Both the position numbers and the translations under genes were made by a program. The notes beneath the pieces were generated by a model. That model did no database searches, was not told the DNA's origin, and saw only the letters and a program-made list of their open reading frames with translations. A stretch of DNA of 64,000 nucleotides from the IMG/VR virus record IMGVR_UViG_3300002835_015924; one strand, written 5' to 3'. Shown in pieces: positions 10,096-23,200 of this stretch. The stretch's first letter is position 1. Each line of letters starts with the position of its first letter. Source of the DNA: an uncultured virus (IMG/VR IMGVR_UViG_3300002835_015924) (Duplodnaviria > Heunggongvirae > Uroviricota > Caudoviricetes).

Positions 10096-10615
10096 TAAAA
10101 AAACTTTACAAACTGTTAAAAACTTTTTGAGTGAAATTGAATATTATGAGACTAATGGTAAATATGCATTAGCAGACAAAGTTCAAAGAAATTTAGAAAA
10201 ATTAGCAAGAAGAGTTAATAAAGAAGATTTGGGTCTTAAAACTCCAGTCATTAATGCTGAACTAGGAATGCGTTTTTTTCGTTTAATGAGTGATATTCCG
10301 GCTTGTGCACAAATTTTTCAATCCGACCCTAATGCCGAAGCTTCAATTACAGGCGATTATTTCGAATGCGTGATTGGTAAAATGAACTCTGGAATGTCTA
10401 TGGATGAAGCTTCTCAGTCTTGTGCTAATAGTATGCTTGATACTAGACAGTTTCCTATTGAAACAGATGAGGAAAGGGAACTATATGAAAAATGTTTTGA
10501 AGATTTCGACAAAAAAGCACTTTCACTTGGCGCTCAATTCAAACAACAAACCGATCCGCAGCAAATTGTTCCCAGGCAATTGCAGTATGTTCGCGAAAGA
10601 CCTCCTTCACTTTAA
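10082..10615 (+). CDS. Hypothetical protein with N-terminal helical tag motif
   Basis: 177 aa; FLSEIEYYETNGKYALADKVQRNLEKLA resembles the motif in 1..561, 992..2155 and 47022..47660. Confidence 0.65.
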   Translation: MSINDKKTLQTVKNFLSEIEYYETNGKYALADKVQRNLEKLARRVNKEDLGLKTPVINAELGMRFFRLMSDIPACAQIFQSDPNAEASITGDYFECVIGKMNSGMSMDEASQSCANSMLDTRQFPIETDEERELYEKCFEDFDKKALSLGAQFKQQTDPQQIVPRQLQYVRERPPSL

Positions 10616-10630
10616 TGTATAATAAGCTGA

Positions 10631-11380
10631 ATGAGTTGTCCATTTTACAATAAAGAATGTCTCCTAAAACATCAAGCAAATTTGCCAGCATTTAAAGTAG
10701 AGCATGATTGTAAAAATGTTATATCGAATTGTTCGTTTTTTGTGAAAGAAAAACTAAAACAAATTAAAGTAGACACAAAACTGAAAGTTATCATTAAAAA
10801 ATTTGACAACCCTTATTTGGTCAAGGCAGATGTTTTGATTTACCCAACAAATAATTTACTTAGAATTGATGACCCTATTCTTAAAAAAATGACTTTGAAT
10901 CAGTCAGAAAAGTTTTTGCAAAAATTCAAAACAAAAGATATTCAAATGGGTTACCCTTATGTTATTAAAGTACCAGATACTTGGAAAATTAAACAGAAAA
11001 ACTTGATTAATGCTGTTGTTGCTGGCGAATCACGATTAGTAAATGAAGCGGATGTAAGTTCTGCAATTAAAAAATCCTTGATTATGTCTGACGAAATGGG
11101 TTTTGAAAGTGCTCTGATGCTACCATGTGATAATGGGACACATGATATCTCTCTTACATCATTAGCACAACTTAGCGCGATATTTTTTGTTTTCCAAAAA
11201 TATGAATTTAAATATTTAAAAAATATTTTTATATGTATGTCTGACGAGGAATCAGAACAAACCTTTATAGAATACTATAATAGAATATTCGGAGAGAAAA
11301 ATGAATCACGAAATAGATCAGACAACGAAGTCACTACTGAACGCCCTAGAGAAGCCAGCGTTCATCAAACTCAACAATAA
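10631..11380 (+). CDS. Divergent macrodomain protein with Cys-rich N-terminus
   Basis: KADVLIYPTNNLL, NLINAVV, SAIKKSLIMSDEMGFESALM, LKNIFIC follow the macro fold pattern; Gly-rich loop not conserved. GTATAA-N8-ATG upstream. Confidence 0.6.
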   Translation: MSCPFYNKECLLKHQANLPAFKVEHDCKNVISNCSFFVKEKLKQIKVDTKLKVIIKKFDNPYLVKADVLIYPTNNLLRIDDPILKKMTLNQSEKFLQKFKTKDIQMGYPYVIKVPDTWKIKQKNLINAVVAGESRLVNEADVSSAIKKSLIMSDEMGFESALMLPCDNGTHDISLTSLAQLSAIFFVFQKYEFKYLKNIFICMSDEESEQTFIEYYNRIFGEKNESRNRSDNEVTTERPREASVHQTQQ

Positions 11381-11579
11381 AGTGGTTCTCTCAAATGAAT
11401 CTTTTACAAAAAACGGATATACACATAAAAATTACGAAGTTAAAGCTAAAGAACAAGGTTGTTACATTGAAGAAAAGCAATTAAATGATGATATGATGTT
11501 ATGTCAAATTCTTAATTGCGATTTGCAACTTCTCAAAATATCACAACAAAAACTTACAAAGGCAATGGCATTACTTTAA
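11301..11579 (+). CDS. Small hypothetical protein, PAS-like N-terminus
   Basis: SD ggaga; LLNALEKPAFIKLNNKVVLSNESF resembles the start of a PAS domain. Confidence 0.5.
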   Translation: MNHEIDQTTKSLLNALEKPAFIKLNNKVVLSNESFTKNGYTHKNYEVKAKEQGCYIEEKQLNDDMMLCQILNCDLQLLKISQQKLTKAMALL

Positions 11580-12172
11580 TGGACGACAGAAATTACGACT
11601 TTTCCACATTATCAGAACGTATATCGGCTCAAACACAAGCATATGTTGAGTTTAGCAATGCGTTAGTAAAAATTATTGAACAAACCGCATCAATTAGAGA
11701 TAGCGTGAATGACACAAATAATCATCTGCTTGAAGATTATAGAGAGCTAAATACTAAATTTCAAACATTACTCGTTGATCTAAATAAGTTTTTTAGTGAC
11801 AACAAAAATGAACACTCTCATATTAATCGAGATATTACATCTTTGAAAAATACTTTGGAGTCTTTTGAAGAAGACTTAAATGGTCTCATTGAACAGATGG
11901 AAGACAACAACAATCGTGTTTTTGGATTAATTCAAACTTTGGTAGACAATTCTAAGAATAATAAAGAATTAGCCACCACTGAAACTAACTCTCAGCAGGC
12001 TTCGATCAATGCTCTAATTGCTAAAATTGAAAATCAAAGCAAAGTAATTGCTTCATTTCAAAAATCAATAGATAAATCTAAAGTTTTCATTTGGGCAGCT
12101 GGTGGACTAATCACTCTCATTGGGGTGTTATCACAATTTGGAATTTTGAAAATACTTTGGTTTTCCAAATAA
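11579..12172 (+). CDS. Coiled-coil protein with C-terminal transmembrane helix
   Basis: ATG at 11579 overlaps the upstream TAA (TAATG); heptad-rich body; hydrophobic VFIWAAGGLITLIGVLSQFGIL. Confidence 0.65.
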   Translation: MDDRNYDFSTLSERISAQTQAYVEFSNALVKIIEQTASIRDSVNDTNNHLLEDYRELNTKFQTLLVDLNKFFSDNKNEHSHINRDITSLKNTLESFEEDLNGLIEQMEDNNNRVFGLIQTLVDNSKNNKELATTETNSQQASINALIAKIENQSKVIASFQKSIDKSKVFIWAAGGLITLIGVLSQFGILKILWFSK

Positions 12173-12430
12173 TTAACCTAGTTTTTTGAAAAACTCATCA
12201 ATGTTTGATGTTTTGAGAGGTTGCATGAAAGCCTGAAAATTTTTAAGGCAATCTGGGCAGTACCATTCTTTTCCAAAAGGTTCTATTTTATGGCTTCTGC
12301 AAAAATCTCTTTGACAACCATCACATTTAACGCTTATGCGAATAGGCAAGTTGCATAAAGGGCATACTTTTTGCCCATTGCCATAATTCCCATAGTTTCT
12401 TTCGTCGCCAAACACATTATTTATTTCCAC
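12173..12430 (-). CDS. Small zinc-finger protein (AN1-like)
   Basis: CPLC, CDGC, FCRSH, CPDC. Confidence 0.65.
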   Translation of the reverse strand: MEINNVFGDERNYGNYGNGQKVCPLCNLPIRISVKCDGCQRDFCRSHKIEPFGKEWYCPDCLKNFQAFMQPLKTSNIDEFFKKLG

Positions 12431-12468
12431 AAGTAAAAACCATTAGCCTTTAAGAATTACTAATATAT

Positions 12469-13344
12469 ATGTCCTTAATTTTCAGAGATCGCGTAAGACA
12501 AAAAATTTCAGCAGTGGGAACTGGAGCTCTGAATTTAAGTGACCCTATTGCCTCATACACAGCTTTTGGTTTAGCAAACTTGGGCAATAATTCTTTCCCA
12601 TATTGTATTGTTAATGATTTGCAGTACGAAGTGGGAATTGGAAGTTATACATCTGCTGGAGATTCAGGCACACCTTATGGTTTTTTGTCTAGAAATTTAG
12701 TTTTATCAAATTCTAATGGCAATACAAGTTTGATAAATTTTAGCGGTTCTGTAGCTGATGCTTTTATTGCAAATGCCGCAGAATTATCTGTGCTTGTCTC
12801 TAGCCAACCTGTTCCAAATACTTTTAAACTTATAAAATGGACTGGGGCTCAATATGAATTAATAGACCCAATAGAAAATGGTACAGCATTAGGAAGCTCA
12901 ATATCATCTTCTGTTATGTTTTATAATTCTACTAGCACAAACTTTAATGCTGATCCTAAATTCAAATTTTATCCTGGAAATACACCTCAGCTTTATGTTG
13001 ATGGAGTAATTCAAGCCACTGCAAAAGCGTTTGTAATTCCTCATCCCATGAAAGCTCACACAAAACTACATCATGGTTCACTGGAAGGGCCTGAATATGG
13101 AATTTATCTTAGAGGAGCTGTAGAATTAAAACACCAAACAGAAATTCATTTTCCAGATTATTTTCAGGTACTTACTCATGAAGATTACACAGTGCAATAT
13201 TCGTCATCTTCTTTTCTTCCAATAAAAGTAAAAAAATATAAAGACAAGGTTCAGTTTTGTGTGATACCAAGTTTCAAAAAAACAACAATTGATTATTTAA
13301 TCATAGCTGGTAGAAAAGATATTCCTTTTGTATTGGAGAGTTAA
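12469..13344 (+). CDS. Tail fibre-associated protein
   Basis: N-terminus RDRVRQ..GTG..L..YEVGIGSY..LSR..LSNSN is typical of phage fibre anchor domains; C-terminal KAFVIPHP..LHHGSLEGPEYGIYLRG domain is shared with 14216..23620. Confidence 0.75.
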   Translation: MSLIFRDRVRQKISAVGTGALNLSDPIASYTAFGLANLGNNSFPYCIVNDLQYEVGIGSYTSAGDSGTPYGFLSRNLVLSNSNGNTSLINFSGSVADAFIANAAELSVLVSSQPVPNTFKLIKWTGAQYELIDPIENGTALGSSISSSVMFYNSTSTNFNADPKFKFYPGNTPQLYVDGVIQATAKAFVIPHPMKAHTKLHHGSLEGPEYGIYLRGAVELKHQTEIHFPDYFQVLTHEDYTVQYSSSSFLPIKVKKYKDKVQFCVIPSFKKTTIDYLIIAGRKDIPFVLES

Positions 13345-13835
13345 TGTTCTCAGATGATTCTTTTGCTGGGCTAAGTTTTGCTGATTTCTTTAAAAACTTT
13401 AATGCTCCTATTCTTTATGTCTATAGAAATGCTCGAACATTAGTAATTGCATATGTTGCAGGCGATGGGTCTGCTGTTACAGATGTTAAAAGCAACATAG
13501 GCAGATCAGATGTTGAAGCTATTTTGCCTGAAAATGGAACCAGTGTTTCATTTGCCGAAAGCATAATAGGCAGATCAAAAATTGAAGCCATTATTCCCGA
13601 ACAAGGCTACACACTTACTGAGGTAGATACCAAAAATATCAGAACTCAAGTGGAGGCAATATTACCTGAGGAAGGATACACAATCACTGAGCTTCAACAA
13701 AAACTTGCCAGAACAAAAGTAGAACCAGTGGAACTTGAGGATGGAACAATCATCACTGATGTAGTGGTAAGAATTATTCGCACCAAAGTAGAGGCCACTC
13801 ATGGAAATATAACAAGTCCTCAACCAGGATTATAA
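13344..13835 (+). CDS. Putative virion protein with ~23-aa tandem repeats
   Basis: MFSDDSFAGLSFADF start; five repeats of R(S/T)xVEAI(L/I)PExGxT(I/L)T(E/D). Confidence 0.65.
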   Translation: MFSDDSFAGLSFADFFKNFNAPILYVYRNARTLVIAYVAGDGSAVTDVKSNIGRSDVEAILPENGTSVSFAESIIGRSKIEAIIPEQGYTLTEVDTKNIRTQVEAILPEEGYTITELQQKLARTKVEPVELEDGTIITDVVVRIIRTKVEATHGNITSPQPGL

Positions 13836-13859
13836 CCCTGAAATCAATAAATTTTTTAT

Positions 13860-14216
13860 GTGGCTAATTTATTTTTCAGAAATACTCTTTCTAAGATTTC
13901 ATTTGAAATTTTAGATTCAAATAATAATCTTGTAGGATTATCTAGCTCCAGGGTTGTGTACTGGTATATTTATACCCCTGATAATTATATTATCTCAAAT
14001 GATATCAATGTGCAAACAAATACGTATGCAAATGGAATTGGTTCATATTCCCCTACACCTTTGGTTTTAGAACAAGAACCAGGCGTGTATTATATCAATT
14101 ATCTGTTGACAAAAGTGGGCGATTATAAATATAAATTCCAAGTGTTAGATGACCCCACATTGACCAACGTGGCAATATCAGGAGATATTAAGGTAATAAC
14201 TGACGGAATTTTTTAA
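13860..14216 (+). CDS. Putative baseplate/tail adaptor (beta-sandwich) protein
   Basis: 118 aa; PGVYYINYLLTKVGDYKYKF; coupled to the giant fibre gene (TAATG). Confidence 0.55.
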   Translation: MANLFFRNTLSKISFEILDSNNNLVGLSSSRVVYWYIYTPDNYIISNDINVQTNTYANGIGSYSPTPLVLEQEPGVYYINYLLTKVGDYKYKFQVLDDPTLTNVAISGDIKVITDGIF

Positions 14217-17200
14217 TGTCTATATCAACAAGCAAAAGTATACTTATAACTCCGGGCTCATTTAGTAGTTCAAATAATGCTATTTCTCAAATCGATTTGA
14301 AATGGGTAGAGTCTGGTGTTGGAACTTTTGTTTTTAGACCCAATGTAAACGATTTAAGATCAACCATCTACAACTGGCAACAAAATTCTGAACCTGTAAT
14401 CTTATTTGGTGGTATGGGTACAGTAAATGGTGTAAGAAAATTTGCTGGCCCATATCAAGATTACACTGGAACATTTTCAGGAATAACAAGTTTTCCACAA
14501 ATACAATTTTTCCCTTTGTCTGGAACTATTTATGCTAACACTTTAACTTTATCTGGAATTGCATCTTTCAATCAGATTTACAGTGCTGGATTATCTACTT
14601 TTGGTTCTATCAATTTGCTTGGGCCTTTGTATGATCAAACATTTAATTCAGGATCTGTTAATCAAGTTCTTACTTCTACCGTTAATGGAGTGGCATGGTC
14701 TACACCAAGTACGTATGGCAATATTTCTGGTTTAGGTATCACCAACTACGTTTCCAAGTTTTCAAATTCCACTTCATTGACCACCTCAAATATTATCGAC
14801 AATGGTTCGTTGGTAACTGTTGGAATCGGAATGTCTGTCAATGGCTTCACTACAGTGGCTGGCAGTTTTGTGTCTACAGGTAATGCAGGCATTGGAACTA
14901 ACATTAATTCAAATGTAAGATTGGTGACAAGATCAGCAGATAGCACATCTGCCACTGAATCATTTAGGGCTGTAGATTCATCTGGAACAGCGAGCTTACA
15001 AATAAATGGAGCAGGTTTTGTAGGGATTGGAAGTCTTTCAGCAATTTACAGATTAAATGTTTTTCATAATACCACTAATGCAAATATTGGAGCATATCAA
15101 GCAAACTTAGAAGTAACACAAACCGCTGCCACTGCAAGATCGATATTGGGTGGAAGATTTAGTGTAACTGGAAGAATAAATGCCACATCCACAAACAACA
15201 TTTACGGTATTTATGGTGTAATTGGATTTAGTTATGCTTCCGCAGGTGTAACAAACAGTGGCGAAGTAGCTGCTGGAGCCTTTGATGCAAGAATTTCAAA
15301 TGCAAATCATTCTGGGACAAATGCTATGCAAATGGCTGTTTTCGGAATGTACAATGCATCCGCTTCAGCTACAGGCCTGGGAACAATCCAAAATGCATAT
15401 GGTGGAAGATTTATTGCTGATTATGGTTTTCCAGCTAATTTTACAATTCAAAATTCATTTGGTGTAAGAGTTCAATCTACCAATAGCACTTCATATCCTC
15501 AAAATTCTTTTGGTTTTTATGAAGATTTAGCTTCAGCAGCAAATGCCAAGAACTTTTTCTTGAACCCAGTGGGAATAGGTACAAGTTCACCCACACAAAA
15601 CTTGCATGTTCAGGGTAATGCAAGATTAACAGGTGGATTGTATGATAGTACAAATTCTCAAGGTTCATTAAGCCAAATTCTTTCTTCAACAGGTTCAGGA
15701 ATAGCTTGGACTTCGTTCAATTCATCAGGAATTTTTACAGGAACTGTAGCACCAAATCAAGTGGCGATTGGTAGCACAGGAAATAGATTACAAGGATTTT
15801 CTACTTTTATTTTTGACTCAACAGGTTTATCAATTGGTACGTCAATCCCAGAACAAAGATTAACAGTAAGCGGAAATGTAAAAGCTACTGGAACTGTTAC
15901 AGCAAACCAATTTATCTCTACCACTTTTACTGATCCGCCTTTAGTTGTAAACTCACAAAGCTTAGTTACTAATTTAAATTCTGAATATTGGAAAGATCAA
16001 GCCTATCCATTATCAACAATAGGAGACCTTTTATATTCATCTGATAATTCCGGAACAGCGGCAAGACTTGCCCCAAATACTACGACAGTTATCAAAGTTT
16101 TGACACAGGTAGGCGATGGGGTAGAAGCATCAGCTCCTTCTTGGCAACCTCTTCCATCGTCAGGTTTCTTGCAATATTTCTTTACTGGTTTAGCTGCAAC
16201 AAATGCACCTCAAAATTACCAACTTGCTAATGACCTTCCTGTGGGACTGGGAACCACGTCAATTAACTTTACTTCTGGTGAAGCTTTAGTTGCTCAATTT
16301 ATTACTGATCCTGGAGTTCCGAATTTAGAATTTTTACCAGCTGGAAATTTAACTGCTTATGTTTGGGGTTTGCAAACAATTTCTACCACTATAGCTGCTG
16401 TTCCCACTGTGCAACTAAGAGTAGATTTTTATGAAACTACATCTCTTGGCACATCAATTGCCAAAATTGCTTCTTCTAACGATTCTACAGAATTAGTGCC
16501 TACTGCAGAAAGGTATACTCTCATCGGAATTACTACTGGCACATACAATTTAGCTAGTAGATCATCTAGAATACAAGCGCGAGTATATGCTGTTCATGGA
16601 CTTACAGGAATAGCCACCATAAACGTGTTTTATGGAAATGGGTATGACTCTCTCGTACAAATAGTGGCTCCAGGTGCTGATGTTACAAACTTTGTTCCTT
16701 ATCAGGGTGCTGTAAATAATGTAGATTTGGGTATTAAAAATCTCAGAGCAGGAGCAGTGGGACTTTACACAGGTTTCTCAACTGTTGCTCCTGAACAAGG
16801 TCAGTTCATATGGAATTCTACTACACAAGAAGTGGATCTTGGTTTGAGTGATGGTTATTCAGTAAGTGTAGGATTCGAAAATGCGTTAAGAGTTTACAAC
16901 AACACATTAAACACAATTGGGGTGGGTTCTGTAGTATATGTCACTGGGGCGGCTGGTAATATACCCACTGTAGACCTAGCTTCCGCCTCTTTATTTGATA
17001 GTTCCACTGTAGTTGGTGTAACTAATCGATTTATTGCTCCAGCCAGCTATGGATACATATATACATATGGAACAATTGATTACAATACATCAAGTTTTGT
17101 GTCGGGTGACAATCTTTTTCTTTCAGATACACAGGCTGGCATTTTAACAAGTATTTCGCCTCTGGCACCAAGTTTTTCAGTGCTAGTAGGTACAGTTTTA

Positions 17201-20200
17201 AATTCAGGCACATCAGGATCTATTGTTGTTCTACAAAATTCAATAAATTCTTTAAATGAATCAAGCAGAATTCTTTTTGCAAACAGCAATAAATTTCCAC
17301 AAGGAATTTCTACTTTTGTTTATTCAAGAGGAAATGTGGGTATTGGCACCACAGCTCCCACACAAAACTTACATGTTCAAGGTAACGCAAGACTAACAGG
17401 TGGGTTATATGATAATGCAAATTCTCCAGGTTCATTGGGACAAATTTTATCTTCAACAGGTTCTGGAATAGCTTGGACATCAGTAAATACCACTGGAATT
17501 TTAACAGCTAATGGTGGTATTTCAAACAGAGTAACTAAGTTTCTTGATGAGGATACTTTAGGTAACTCCAACATTACTGATACTGGTACTTTAATTACAT
17601 TAGGATCTGGCGTGACTGTTTCTGGTATTTTAACATCTTTTGGTTATTATGGCCCAGGCACATTCATTACTAATTTGAATGCTTCGAATTTAGCTTCAGG
17701 CACTGTTCCTAGTTCTGTAGTTTCAGGTTCTTATTCTGGAATTACATCTGTTGGCTCTCTCACTCAACTTAACGTAACAGGAATTACTACATCAAATATT
17801 TTTGTTGGTAATGGTTCTAATATAACAAACCTTAATGCATCGAATTTAACATCGGGAATTGTCAACGCAAATAGAATTAGTGGATCATATTCAGGAATCA
17901 CATCTGTAGGGACATTAACACAACTTAATGTTGCAGGAATTACCACTTCAACTAGTATAAGAATTTCTAATCAACTGTATGATTCGAATTTTAGCTCAGG
18001 TACACAAAACCAACTATTAGTTTCTACAGGAGTGGGCATATCATGGACAAGCTCTCAAGCCACTGGAATTATTACAGGAACAGGTGCCGCAACTAGATTA
18101 GCTTATTTTGCGGATGCTAATACTTTAACTTCAAACTCTAACTTTATCATTGATTCATTTGGACAATTTGGTATTAGCACTACAATTCCAAGAAACAGAT
18201 TAGATGTTTATGCGACAGCTAGATTCAGTGGCCAAGTTATTTTTTATGGCTCAACATCAAATGATGCCTTTGGTTTAACTCAACAATTTGATTCTACGTA
18301 TCAAGGGACAAATAATGTTTTAAGATTCAGACAAGGTGGATCAACAGCCGGTGCTGTAGCATTTTCTTTTTATGACTTTTTACCAAATATCTTTATGACT
18401 TTAGATGGGTCAAGTTTACCACGAGTAGGTATTGGTACTACTGGGCCATTGCAAACTTTACATGTTGGCGGAAATGCATTAATTTCTGGTTTGACTACAT
18501 CAACGGGATTTTTTGGCCCAGGAACAAATATCACTAATCTCAATGCTTCGAATTTAATATTTGGGACAGTTCCTAGTGTTGTTGTATCGGGAACATATTC
18601 TGGAATCACATCTGTAGGAACACTTTCACAACTTAATGTATCTGGTATTACTACATCTACTGTATTTGTTGGTAATGGTTCTAATATCACTAATCTTAAT
18701 GCTTCAAACTTAGCATCTGGTATAGTGCCTTCGTCTACAATATCTGGTTCTTATTCTGGAATCACATCTGTTGGAAATCTTACTCAGTTAAACGTTACTG
18801 GAATTACCACTTTACAAAACTTAGAATTAAATGGTTGGTTATTAGATGCTAATAATTCTTCAGGAAGTTTAGGACAAATATTATCTTCTACAGGAACTGG
18901 TGTAGCTTGGACTTCAGTTAATACTACTGGTATTCTTACTGCTACTGGAGGAATATCAAACCGAGTTAGTAAGTTTTTAGATGAAGACACTTTAGGTAAT
19001 TCAAATATAACAGATACCGGAACATTGATTACTTTAGGTTCTGCTGTTTCTGTATCAGGAATTCTCACTTCATTTGGATTCTTTGGCCCTGGAACTAATT
19101 TAACTAATTTAAATGCTTCAAATTTAACGTCTGGCACCGTTCCTAGCGCAGTAGTTTCAGGTGCCTACTCTGGTATTACATCTGTAGGAACATTATCTCA
19201 GCTAAATGTATCTGGAACAGGCTCTATGACCAATCTTTTTGTCTCTGGACAATTTGGTGTAAGCACAGCTTCAGTTAGGGGCGCTAACATTGATTTAAAC
19301 AATGATGTAAGAATAAGTGGTGCTTTAGATTTGTATGGTGGCATAGCCAATACTACACAATCATTAGTATTTAGATACGACAGTACTTATTCAGGGGTAA
19401 CAGATGTACTTAGATTTAGAGGAACTAATGTTGCGGCAAACGCTTATGCCTTTACAATTTTTGATAGACCACCAAATCTTTGGATGACAAGCGTAGGCGC
19501 TTTACCCAGAGTAGGTATCGGAAAAACTTCTCCAACAACTACTTTAGATGTAGAGGGAACAATAACAGCTACCGGATTTTCTGGCCCTGGAACTAATTTA
19601 ACAAATCTTAATGCATCTAATTTGGCTTCAGGAACTGTGCCTTCTGCAGTTGTAAGCGGAGTCTACTCAGGTATTACATCTGTAGGTACTTTGACACAAT
19701 TAAATGTGTCAGGTATTACAACAGTTACAAATCTTCAATTATCTGGATGGTTAAGAGACTCTTCAAGTTCTATTGGTTCAACAGGGCAGATTCTTTCTTC
19801 AACAGGTACAGGGATAGCTTGGACTACAGTATCCTCAACAGGTATTCTCACTGGTAATGGGATACAAAATGTCGTAGCTAAATTTAATTCTTCTTCTTCT
19901 TTAACAACATCAAATATCTCAGATAATGGAATTGCTGTTACAGTGGGTTCACAAATTTTTGTTAATGGCATAGGTTCTTTTACTGGAGATATAACAGTAA
20001 ACTCAATTACAATAGGTTTAGGTTCAGGCCAAATAACCACTAACACAGTGGTAGGCAATTCGGCGCTCACATCAAATACCACAGGAAGCAATAATGTTTC
20101 TGTTGGAAGATTAACACTAAACTCTAACGTTACAGGTGCTCAAAACGTGGCAATTGGTGCTGAGGCGTTAAGATATTATACAACAGTAAGTAATCAAGTG

Positions 20201-23200
20201 GCAATTGGATATCAAGCTTTAGCTGGATCAGCCACAAGCTCATTTAACACTGGAACACAAAATACAGCTATTGGGCATCAAGCTGGTTTAGCAAATACGT
20301 CTGGCACTGACAATACTTTTATTGGATACCAAGCAGGCGTAGCAAACACATCAGGGTATCAAAACTCTATTTTTGGTTCATTTGCCTTTGCTGGCAATTT
20401 AACAGGGTTTCAAAACACTGCTTTTGGATATTTAGCTTTGCGTAACAACATATCTGGTAACACAAATGTTGCTGTTGGAAGACAAAGCTTGTATAGTAAT
20501 ACTAGTGGAGGAAACAATGTTGCAATAGGTAATAACTCAATGTTTTGGTCTGTTTCAGGCAACAATAATACTTTTGTTGGTGGACTATCTGGATTTTACC
20601 AATCTGGACAATCAAGTCAAACAGCCGTAGGATATAATGCACTTGCAGGTAACTCAGACACTACATTAAACACTGGGCAACTCAATACAGCATTTGGTTT
20701 TAACGCTGGAGCTGCCAATACATCGGGTTCTTTTAATGTTTTCGTTGGTTATAATGCAGGTGTGGCAAATACATCTGGAAGTTCCAACTCATTTTTTGGT
20801 TATTTTGCTGGAAGCAATAATTTGACTGCAAATAATAACACTTTTGTAGGTTCTACAGCAGGAACAAATACTAGAAGTGGGAGCGGAAACGTGGCAATGG
20901 GTATATCCGCTTTGAACCAAAATACAAGTGGGACGCACAATGTAGCAATTGGAAGACAATCGGCTTATTATTCTGTTACGGCATCTGATTTGGTTGCAGT
21001 AGGTAACAATGCATTATTCTACTACACAGGTAGTGGTTCAAATACAGCTGTTGGTTCAGGCGCGTTATTCGGAAATGCGACTACAGCTCTAAACACGGGA
21101 ACAGAAAATACTGCAGTAGGGCAAAGTGCAGGATTGGCAAACACAGCAGGTACTCAAAACGTATTTGTTGGACATACAGCTGGAAACAATAATACAACAG
21201 GAAGCCAAAATACATATTTGGGTCATAGTGCTGGATTATCAAATATTACAGACAATTATCAAATAGCTGTTGGTTTTGGTGTATCGCCTGTAGGTTCAAA
21301 CAGAGGTGCAATAGGAAGAAATGCAAATGCCTCGCGAACAGATATTGGCATCGGCACTTATGCTCCTTTATCAAGAGTACACATTGAAACACTTGCCGCT
21401 GGCAATATGGGTCTTTACATTGCTGGTTCTGCCTCTCAAACTGGCGATTTAGTGGAAATAAATGCTACTACTTTTGGCCAGAACTACTTCACGATCACAG
21501 GTGTAGGCTCTGTTGGCATTTATACTAACACTCCTTCACAAGCACTAGATGTTAATGGCAATATAAGAATACGTAACGGTTTACTTGACAGCAATAATTC
21601 TTTAGGAATAAACAATCAAGTATTGATTTCTACGGGAACAGGGATAGCTTGGACAACTGTATCCTCAACAGGCATTCTCACTGGAGCAGGCACTGTAAAC
21701 ACAATTTCTAAGTTTAATTCTCCTAATTCGCTAACTAATTCCAATATCACTGATAATGGTATTGCTGTTACAGTGGGTTCACAAATTTTTGTCAATGGTA
21801 TAGGTTCTTTCGCTGGAGATATAACAGTAAACTCAATCACTGTAGGTTTAGGTTCAGGCCAAATAACCACTAACACAGTGGTGGGTAATTCAGCACTCAC
21901 ATCAAATACTACAGGAAGCAATAATGTTTCTGTTGGAAGATTAACACTAAACTCTAACGTCACAGGTGCTCAAAACGTGGCAATTGGTGCTGAGGCATTA
22001 AGATATTATTCAACAGTAAGTAATCAAGTGGCAGTGGGTTATCAAGCTCTAAGAGGAAATACCACATCTGCTCTCAATACTGGTTCACAAAACGTAGCTG
22101 TAGGTTATCAAGCAGGTCTTGCTAATTCTTCTGGAAACTTTAATACCTTCGTTGGTCATTTAACTGGCACCGCAAATACATCGGGCTCAAGTAATTCTGC
22201 TTTTGGAAGGGCAAGCTTAACCGCTAATACAACAGGTGATTTCAATACCGCAATTGGCGCCAATGCATTGACTGCAAATATTTCTGGCGGAGCAAACATA
22301 GCTGTAGGGTCTGGGGCTTTGGGTTCAAATACTTCAGGTAGCAACAATGTTTCCTCTGGAAATAATTCATTGAATTCAAACACCACTGGCGGACAAAATG
22401 TTGCATTAGGTCATGAAGCCCTAAGATATTATTCAACAGCAAGCAATCAAACAGCAATTGGTTACAGAGCTTTAAGGGGAAGCACTGATACCACAGTTAA
22501 TACAGGCACTCAAAACTTAGCAATTGGTTATCAAGCTGGTGTTGCTAATACATCAGGTTCAAACAACACTTATATTGGTTTGCAAGCAGGGTTTGGTAAT
22601 ACATCTGGAAATAATAACACAATAATAGGCTCAAGTTCTGGGCCTACACTTACCTCTGGTGGAAACAATACTTTACTTGGAACTTTTACAGATGCGTCTT
22701 CTGGTGGTAACTACCAAATTGCAATTGGCCAAGGTGTAATTCCTACAGGATCTAATCTTGGTGCTTGGGGCGGAAATACAAACGCAACACGAACTGATTT
22801 GGGCGTAGGTACTTTTACTCCACTTGGAAGAATTCACATCGAAACTTTGACTGCTGGGAACATGGGTCTTTATATTGCAGGTTCTGCTTCTCAAACTGGA
22901 GATTTAGTAGAAGTAAATGCTACAACTTATGGTCAAAACTACTTTACCATCACTGGCATTGGCTCTGTTGGTATTTACACTAACACACCTTCCCAAGCAC
23001 TAGATGTTAATGGTGGGACAAGACTCAGAGGAAGACTATTTGATAATAATAATACAGCAGGTTCATTGAATCAAGTGTTGATTTCTACAGGCTCGGGTAT
23101 TGCATGGACTACATCAACATCAACAGGTATTGTTACAGGAACAGGTTCGGCAAATCAAGTTACATATTGGAATTCAACTAATCAAATTACTGGCAGCAAT

